From positions 56,358,001 through 56,422,000 of the forward strand of contig NC_043012.1 in NCBI RefSeq assembly GCF_006345805.1: DNA of 64,000 bases, in the 5' to 3' direction. How positions within the stretch are numbered: the first letter of the stretch is position 1; the number at the start of each line of letters is the position of its first letter. Shown piece after piece: positions 54,460-64,000 of this stretch. Position numbers and translations under genes: made by a program. Under the pieces are notes generated by a model that had not been told where the DNA came from, searched no databases, and saw nothing but the letters and a program-made list of their open reading frames with translations. The DNA comes from Octopus sinensis (lineage: Eukaryota).

Positions 54460-54669
54460 TTAAGTATGCTAATAACTTTATCATTATTAAGCTGGTGGTT
54501 GAGACATTAAAAGATTTCATAAAATGAAATGGAAAGTTTTAATTTAAATAAGAGCACTTTAAAATAGGATGTTTTGTATCAGAAAAAGATGTAGTCCCAG
54601 GTAGATTGGCATGAAAAAGGCTTCTCTTAATTGTTACTTTAGAAAAAAAAAAGAAAAAAAATTACTTAC

Positions 54670-54784
54670 CAGATTCTTTATCTAATGTAACAACTTCTAA
54701 CTTTAGAGTCCAAATTTCCCATGGAACAGATTCATGTTGAAATAACCAGCGACTTCGCCTCTTCTCATAGAATTCTAATGAAAT
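54670..54784 (-). CDS. ATG101: ATG101 (autophagy-related protein 101, HORMA domain), internal coding exon containing the WF finger
   Basis: Minus strand ttttag|ATT...TCT G|gtaagt, 115 nt. Translates ISLEFYEKRRSRWLFQHESVPWEIWTLKLEVVTLDKES, matching the ATG101 motif SLEFYQKKKSRWPF...IPWEVWTVK as recalled from vertebrate ATG101. Phase 0 in, phase 1 out. Confidence 0.95.
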
Positions 54785-54981
54785 CTAAAAGGTGAAATTA
54801 AAAAAAAGGTTGATAAACTTTTAGATCAGTTCAAATATGTTTGACATAATCGACCTGTGAAAAAACCCCATTGTGGTTTGTTTTTGGCAAAAGATGTAAA
54901 CACTCAAGTCATTTCAGAGCATCCACAATGGACTGATATATGCCTCTGGAGTTCTTTATACTATCATCAATATCAGATACC

Positions 54982-55215
54982 TGTTTCTTTATTACCCACA
55001 AGGGGCTAAGCATAGAGGGGGACAAACAAGGACAGACAAACGGATTAAGTCGATTACATCGATCCCAGTGCATAACTGGTACTTAATTTATCGACCTTGA
55101 AAGGATGAAAGGCAAAGTCGACCTCGGCGGAATTTGAACTCAGAACGTAACAGCAGAAGAAATACAGCTACGCATTTCGCCCGGCGTGCTAACAGTTCTG
55201 CCAGCTCACTGCCTT
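54982..55215 (-). mobile_element. SINE family C full-length copy with 13-bp TSD and L1/Tx1-like tail
   Basis: TSD aatatcagatacc at 54969-54981 and 55216-55228. Confidence 0.88.
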
Positions 55216-55844
55216 AATATCAGATACCAAGGCCATTTGGACTAAAAATTTGTTTATTTCATATCACTGCTTCATGTGCCAACCGCGCACACATATATAG
55301 AAAGAAATAATTTAAATGTCACAACACAATACTCGATAGGATATAACTTAACTAAACAAAGAATGAATTAAAGAATTCCAGTTTATAAGGTCTTGTCTTG
55401 TGTGAAAGGCTTTATAAAGGGGAGCTGGGAAAACTTTTTACAATCAGAATAGTAGAAAATAGCAAATACACAAGGTGTTAGAAATACAGTTCTTATGTTT
55501 TACCCACACTTGGAAAATTTTAACTTTGGTGAGGCAACAACAAAATGTGGTATTAGTTTTGAACATAATGTTAGTGTTATCTGCATTGCAGATTCTCTAA
55601 ATGATTCTAGATAAGCTCTTGCAATAAGACAAAGAAATAATAGTTTGCTCTATCTTCTACTTGGTGCATCAGAGTGGCTGTGATTTTATATGATGAACTA
55701 GACATTTGCTATTCAGAAAACTATTTTTGATCTTGTTTCTTCAGTGTAAGCTGTAATATTGTTGCAGATCATTTAGCCCAATGTTGAACTCCTTCAACAA
55801 TAATTGAAGCTCCTAAAGCTTATACAAGATGAACATAATAAAAC

Positions 55845-55880
<36 letters not shown>

Positions 55881-56278
55881 GTTTTATGATGTTCATATGG
55901 TGACCTGCTGTGCTTGAAGAGACCTATTGAATCAAGTACAACATCAAAATAAAAATCAAATGGAAATTGTAGTTCTAATACCGCATCATCTGAATGTGGC
56001 CGATGCCAGCACTGCCTTGACTGGCGTCTGTGCCGGTGGCACATAAAAGGCACCAACCGATTGTGTCCGTTGCCAGTCTCCTCTGGCCCCTGTGCCAGTG
56101 GCACATAAAAAGCACCCACTACACTCACAGAGTGGTTGGTGTTAGGAAGAGCATCCAGCTGTAGAAACACTGCTAGATCAGACTGGTGCCTGGTGCAGCC
56201 TCCTGGCTTCCCAAACTCTTGTCGAACCGTCCAACCCATGCTAGCATGGAAAATGGATGATAAACGATGATGATGATG

Positions 56279-56318
<40 letters not shown>

Positions 56319-58012
56319 TCACGCACATTCCAGTCAGCCCTTCCTGTTGCCAACCTTCACCTGTTCCAAGCAAGATAGTATCTCCATATGGCCTGCTATG
56401 TTCTCCCAGAACTTTGAAAATAAATGAGTTTGGATGACAGTGTCAATCATTTACAACCATCATTCAATGCCAAGACAAGGGGAGAGAGAGAGAGAGAGAC
56501 ACACACACACACAAACAGATCAGGCTTCTTTCAGTTTTCATCTATCAAATCCACTAACAAGGTGCCATGCAATGGGAATGAACCCACAACCATTTGGTAG
56601 GAAAGTAACCATCTTAACCACACTGCCACACCAGCACCAAGTGTAGATATAAATTCTTTTATTCTTTTACTTGTTTCTGTCATTTTGACTGCAGCCATGC
56701 TGGAGCACCGCCTTTAGTCAAGCAAATCAACCCCAGGACTTATTCTTTGTAAGCCTAGCACTTATTTTATTGGTATCTTTTGCCGAACCGCTAATTTACG
56801 GGGACATAAACACACCAGCATCAGTTGTCAAGCGATGTTGGGGAGACAAACACAGACACACAAACATATACATACACATATATACATGCATATATACGAC
56901 GGGCTTCTTTCAATTCTGTCTACCAAATCCACTCACAAGGCTTTGGGCGACCCGAGGCTATAGTAGAAGACACTTGCCCAAGGTGCCACGCAGTGGGACT
57001 GAACCCGTAACCATCTGGTTGGTAAGCAAGCTACTTACCACACAGCCACTCCTGCGCCTTATTTAAATATCTAAAACATTTTTCGTTTTTAAAAATAACA
57101 GTTAATAGTTGTTAGTTGTCGGAGCACTGCATCCTTCAAAACTTCCATGCTTTCTGAGATTCGCCAACACAACACCTGATTTTCTCCCCTCCATACACAC
57201 ACAGGCATGTATCTGACTCGGACAGTGTTCGCTTTCCAGACATTTTTACATTACTGCATGTACTTTATATGCACTTTCTGACAAGTTGTGGTGCACCTGA
57301 GCACTGTATACAATAATTTCATTATATATTATATATTATAAAATGATAATTTTTTACTGACAAAAACTCATGTTGGACACTGAAGCAAAGTTGTTGCTGT
57401 TTATCCCCAGGTTAGTTCTAATGAAGTCAAGCAATAAGCATTCCATCATTTTTCAAAATATGTCCTATCTTTTCCTAAAATGGTAGGGTATGATTTCAGG
57501 GAGATTTGGCTGCAATTTCTAACAGATCAAGTGACTGCATTGATTCAAAGTATTGTTGCTGTTTAGCCTCAGGTTAGCCTTAATGAAGCAGACCTACAAT
57601 TAAAGGTATTCCAGCCATAACCATCCCATCTTTTTTCTATATGCAGAGAAGCCAGTTCTATATTATCCACTGTCACCTTTTCTAAGACGGTGGGGTGTGA
57701 TTTAAAGGGAATTTGGCTGTTATTTCTAGCATATTGAGTGATTACATAAAGACTCCCCTTGTTATTTAGCATGAGACCAATCCTGATCAATCAGATTCTT
57801 TTTTTTTATTGTTTCAGTCATTTGACTGTGGCTATGCTGGAGCACCGCCTCTAGTCGAGCAAATCGACCCCAGGACTTATTTTTGTTAGCCTAGTACTTA
57901 GTCCATCTGTCTCTTTTGCTGAACCGCTAAGTTACAGGGACGTAAACACACCAGCATCGGTTGTCAAGCGATTATGGGGGGACAAACAGACAGACATATT
58001 TATCTATCTATC

Positions 58013-58044
<32 letters not shown>

Positions 58045-61000
58045 CATATATATGACGGGCTTCTTTCAGCTTCCGTCTACCAAATCCACTCACAAGGCTT
58101 TGGTCAGCCCTAGGCTGTAGTAGAAGACACTTGCCCAAGGTGCCACGCAGTGGGACTGAACCTGGAACCATGTGGTTGGTAAGCAAGCTACTTACCACAC
58201 AGCCACATGATCAAAGGTGTTCAGCCAAGATCTTTCAACTCATTTTTTAAAATTAGTCATAGTGTCTCTAGGATTGTATTATCCAATATGCCCTTCCTTT
58301 TTTTTTTTAAGACACTAGTGCATAGTTTCTAGCAGCTCAAGCAACCACATAAAAATCTTGCTTGTCAGCTCAACACAGCAAGGAATTTATACCAGAGGAG
58401 AAACAACAAAGCAAAGACGGTAAAAGAAAAAACATACAAAGTTCAAAAATAGACATGAAATGCTATGATGAGATGTAGTATCCAGTATAAGCAAAGAACC
58501 AAATAAAAACTAAGGAAAATCAATGAGAGTGAACATAAAGAGAGAAACTGTAGATGTAATCAATAACTACTATCATTACTGGCATGAGTTTAAATAGTCT
58601 TAATTTGGGTAAAGAGAGAGCTGAATTAATTATGGTATTGGAGAACTAACGAGAAAGTCTACAGTTCATATATTTAACAGTTGAATACTACAAAGCATCC
58701 CCAAGTACAACAGAATAGAAAGCTACATGAGTTTTGGGGTTTTTTAAAAAATTTATCAACTCAGGAAGAAGGACTGTGTCCATGACTGTATCCAAGGGTT
58801 CTGAGACTGATAAGAGGGAGGGAGGAAGGACACCTAGCTTAAATGCTTGCATCAAAGTGGGCTCCTTTGCTAAAGGCACCCAAGGCCCAACACAATGGAT
58901 GAAGTCTAGTCCCCAATTAAGCCAAGGTAAGATTCAAACTCAAAAAGCAAAGAACCAGAACAAACACCACAAAGCATCCCACCCAAAGCTCTAACAATTC
59001 TACCAGTCCACTGTCCTAGTCATCTAAGAAGGATGAAAAGGCAAAATTGACCCCAATAGGATCTGAACTTAGAATGCAAGAAACTGGAATAATGCTTTAA
59101 TGGCATTTCTAAGAATAGCAACCAAGCCTTCTTTAATCATATTTAATAAAGAGGACATACTGGATGGGTATTATAGTCCAGATATTACTTATTTTCTTAC
59201 TTAAGCCTTTTGCTCCCTATGGAGTATAGGCCTTCCTCTCTCAGCTTTTGTTGGTTTTGAATCATCATCAATGCTTCTGTAACTTTGTCTTTTCCATATA
59301 GGGGTGTTGGCCCTATACAAACCCATTTTTGTCTCTGAGAAGAGGTAGTTCATATTAGTCATGCCTCTATCCTTTGAGCTGTCTAGCATGGAAGGCTCCA
59401 CCAGAAGCTAGTATAGCTTCTCTCAAGGTCAACGAGGTACACAAGCTACCACACTACAACAATGACTGGACCCTAGGTGTTAAAAAAAGAGGACATATTG
59501 GAGATATAATATAGGTCCAGATATACTTTGAATAAAAAAAATAGGATAGTTATGACTTGAACAGATTCCACCATAGGTGTGCATGATCAGAGTGGACTGA
59601 CCTGGGCTAAATACTTTTTCTTGTGTGCCAGACTGAGCTCATTCCATGGGAGAAAGTATCCATCATTTGGAGAGGGCTGGGGTTAGGTTCAACAATTAGA
59701 GAATGCCTCTACATGGTCAAGTGACCAGCCAAATATCCCTCATATAACACTTTACTGTATTTAAAAAAATGGGTAGGGCATGTGAAATAATAAGGTCCTA
59801 AATGTGTCAGAAAAATAAAAGGCAGGATGGTCATGTATGGAATACTTTTGATCATCACCAACAACAACAAACTGTTTTGCTTTCTTGCAGTGCCAAGTTT
59901 AACTCATTCCAAGTGTCTATCATTTTGTAACATGGGTAAGGCTCTGGTCCAGCAACCCTTCTTTGTAAAACATACAACACTGCAGAACTGAATGACCATA
60001 AGCACCACAGAATATTCAACCCTTTAGCATTTAAACTGACCATATCTAGCCCAAATATTTTACCTGTTTTATTCCCAAACTGGCCAGATCTGACTTCTCA
60101 CAACTCTCCTACAATGTCATTCAAAACAATATGCAATCACATCATTGAAACCATGAAGTTATAAGATGATGCAAGATTAATTCATAACAATATGAATAAA
60201 TAAGCATTACATTTGACAGAGTAATCTGAATGTTAAGGGATTAAAGAATAGAGATGGAAACATTGTGTGTGTATGATTAAGAAACTCACTTTGCAATCAT
60301 GTGATTTTGGGTTTGGTTCCACTGTGTAGCACATCAAACCAATGTCTTTTACTATAACCCAGGACCAACTGATTCCTTGTGAGTGAACTTAGTAGACAGA
60401 AATTATGTGTGTGTATCATCATCATCGTTTAACGTCCGTTTTCCGTGCTAGCACGGGTTGGACGGTTCGACCGGGGTCTAGGAAGCCAGGAGGTTGCACC
60501 AGGCTCCAGTCTGATCTGGTAGTGTTTCTACAGCTGGATGCCCTTCCTAACACCAACCACTCCGTGAATGTAGTGGATGCTTTTTACGTGCCAGGGGAGT
60601 CTGGCAGCGGCCATGATCGGTTGGTGCTTTTTACGTGCCACCGACACATCGGCCACGTTTGGATGGTGCTTTTTACGTGCCACCGGCACAGGTATCACAA
60701 CTACTATTTCCATTTGATATTTATTTCGATGTTCATATATATATGTATATGTATGTGTGTGAGTTTGTTTGTTCCCCACCACTGCTTGACAACTGGTAAT
60801 GGTTTGTGTGCATCCCCATAACTTAACAGAATAAATGCCAAACTTAAAATAAATACTGAGGATGATTCAGCAAGTCAGTGCCCCAGCATGACCACAGTTC
60901 AATGATTGAAAGAAGTAAAAGATAAAAGATAATGGAAGTAAAGCAGAGAGGATAAGGTTACAGTTTTTTAAAAATCTTCTTCCCTTTCCTTAAGATGTAG

Positions 61001-64000
61001 TCTGTGTGGTAAGTAGCTTGCTTACCAACCACATGGTTCCGGGTTCACTCCCACTGCGTGATACCTTGGGCAAGCGTCTTCTAATATAGCCTCGGGCTGA
61101 CCAAAGCCTTGTGAGTGGATTTGCTAGATGGAAACTGAAAGAAGCCCGTCGTATATATGTGTGTATGTATGTATATATATATATATATAAAATCACATGT
61201 ATATTTATGTGTATTTATATGTTTGTGTTTGTTCCCCTAACTATCGCTTGACAACCGATGGTGGTGTGTTTACATCCCCATAACTTAGCAGTTCAGCAAA
61301 AGAGACCGATAGAATAAGTACTAGGCATCCACAGAATAAGTCCTGGGGTCGATTTGTTCGACTAAAGGTGGTGCTCCAGCATGGCAGCAGTCAAATGGCT
61401 GAAACAAGTAAAAGAGTATAGCCTAAGAGATGTTGTCCAATTCTAAGTTCAAATTCAACTGAGGTCAACACTGCCTTCCCCCTTCCAGGGTTGATAAGTA
61501 ACAGTGCAGAGCAGTGGACTGGTCGAATCATTAGACCATCAAACCAGATGACTTGTGGTGTTTGTTTTGGCTCTTTGCATTGACTTCAAAATCCCCTCTG
61601 GTCTATTTACATGGGTGTTAGACTTAGAACCCTTCTCTTCCAGTTTAACTCAACCACCTGGTCCTTTCACACTGAGTAACATACTTTCACCATTGGTCCC
61701 CATCTGCAGCTAGATCAACAGCTTCATTAAATCTAATATTACATCTAACTAGACCCTCATCAACCTGAACAATGTATGCTTTTCACTAAGTTCCTCCAAT
61801 ACAACAAGCCTCTGTAGTTTTTATTTCCATGCTACATGTTTATTTTCTTTAACAATTAGTCAGAGAGAAGAGAGTACCCATGGACCTTTACAAGGTCCCA
61901 AGACTGGTAGGGAGTGAGGAAGAGGAAGGTTTCCTCAAATTGGAAACCCAACCTCAATGCTTGCAACAGGGGCTAGGTTTCTAATCCACTAAATACAAGA
62001 AAGGACCAGTAGGGATGTTAGTTAAACTGAGAGTGGGATTAAGTCTACCACCCACATAGAACACAGTGGGATTTGAACTCAGGACAAAGAACCAAAGCAA
62101 ACACCACAAGTCCTTTAATCTAATGCTCAAACGATTCTGCTAGTCACCATCTAGACTGTTAATTAATTAACCCCAGAAATATGAAAGACAGCATTGACCT
62201 TGGTTGGATTTGAACTCAGATTGCAACAAACCAAAATTTGCAAGGTATTTTTATCCAGTGCTCTAATGATCCTACAATTTTACTAACCAAAATCTACAAT
62301 TTTGGATATAAAATGTTATCAGTTGAAAAAAGTCTAATTTTGCAATAAACCATTTGTTATTTGAGCAACTTTAGGGGAAAATGTTAGGGAAAAATGTTGC
62401 ATTCAAACCCAGCTAAAGGGAAGATATTGACTGAAACAGTGTTGACGAGATTAAAGGTTTAGAACAGTCATGAGCAAACTGTGGCCTTGATGACTTTCTA
62501 AAAGGCAATGCCAATATTTTTTAGTGGTTCTGCTTCCTGATAAAGTTTGCCAAGCCTGATTAAGAAAATTTAAAACTACTGATGATGTGGCATTGCAGTT
62601 GTGTCTGTGAGCAAGGCAGATAACTCTGCTTTCTCTAATTAGTTTCATTAAAATAAAAAACTCAAACAGGTTTTATTCCTAATGTATGGTTGAGTGGTTA
62701 GTGATAGGGAAGGGCGTATAGTTGGAAAAAATCAATTGATTTAACATTATGATAAATCAAACAAGAACAAAACATCTCATCTAGTCATGCACTGGAAAAT
62801 CAATCAATACAAAAATGCAAAAATAGCCAGGGCTGGTAAGCTGAAAGGCTGCACCAGACTCCAGTCTGATTTGCCATGGTTTTCTACAGCTGGATGCCAT
62901 TCCTAACGCAAACCACTCCAAGAGTGTCATGGGTGCTTTCACGTGCCGCTGGCATGGGTGCCATTTGCATGACACCAGTATCTAAAACGACTGCAATTTT
63001 GCTCGGCTTGATATATATCCTATATAATTTTTATATATATATATATTCTGTAAATAATAATTATAAGCTTTGAACATTAACTGTGTATTGGCCACAGAAA
63101 ATAGTCTAATATTGGGGCATATAGGCCCTCAACAGAAAAAAGTGATTATTAGTACATGCGGGAATTGAACTCACACTTTTTATATTCGTGATAAGTGTAC
63201 TGACTGTGAATATAGGAGGTGGGAGTTTGATTCCCACGTGTAGTAATACCCACTTTTTTCAGTCAAGTGCTTATTATTCACAGAATTTTCACTCATCACT
63301 GTTTCTTCATCTACTGCAGAACATATCTATATTTATTTATATTCAGATGAATATGGTAGTTAAGTTGAGGCACCAGAATTTAGTATGGTATTATCCATAC
63401 AATTTCAAAATAAGGTGGTTAAAATCACAGTTATGTTGTTGGTAAAATATGTTCTTTGTCTATCTATTTTGGGTAAAATTATACTAATGTGTCCTTCTAA
63501 TTTAATTAAATTCTATGTCTTTGTGCAGCTGAAGATTGCTCTACTCTTTAAATTGATGATATATTTATTTATATATACAATCTTCATCATTGTTTTTTAC
63601 ATATACTTTTCCATGCTTGCATGGAATTCATGGAGGCAGATTTTTTTTTTATTATATCTGGATGCCCTTCTTGTCACCAACTCTCATCTGTCATGAAGCA
63701 AAGTAATATTTCCTCATAGAAGCCATAAACAAAAAGGACATCACTTGTATGAATTACAATTATCACAAGATGTCGAGACAAGGAACCACACAGAGACACA
63801 CATTCAGTGAGCCTCTTTCAGTTTCCCTCCATGACATCCACTCACAATGCTTTGGTTGACTAGGAGCTATGCAGAAAGACACTTGCCAAAAGTGCCACAC
63901 AGTGGGACTCACCCAGAATCACATGGTTACAAAGCATGAAGGCGGCGAGCTGGCAGAAACGTTAGCACGCCGGGCGAAATGCTTAGCAGTATTTCGTCTG

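Noticed and set aside
59201-59401. 66-aa ORF containing RGRP
   Set aside because: Looks like a very old LINE C-terminal remnant rather than a host exon; evidence too weak to list as a feature.
54785-64000. N-terminal ATG101 exons (HRSTGKF, GTYSIGT motifs)
   Set aside because: Not found on reading the minus strand; they probably lie beyond the window, although a very short exon could have been missed.

Overview
This is AT-rich, repeat-dense eukaryotic DNA. The SINE, LINE and microsatellite content points to an octopus or other coleoid cephalopod (inference, not a database match). The only host gene I can support is the 3' part of ATG101 on the minus strand: coding exons 54784-54670, 53246-53080 and 47399-47316, all GT-AG and in phase, which the ORF track misses. 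Its N-terminal exons are not in the window. Nearly all listed ORFs are microsatellite or transposon artefacts. The rest is a layered transposon record: R4/Dong, RTE (with a PHD-type finger inside the RT), CR1/L2, L1/Tx1 and Gypsy fossils, a full-length dead mariner, a Tc1-like element, a non-autonomous Helitron, piggyBac-, hAT- and Tc1-type MITEs, and several tRNA-derived SINE families. The most unusual signal is a family of GG...CC foldback elements with 8-bp target duplications (Merlin-like) that carry variable-length (TTAGGG)n tracts and cluster in a CpG-retaining, promoter-like interval. No prokaryotic-type system such as CRISPR is present. All calls were read by eye, and boundaries of degenerate elements are approximate.
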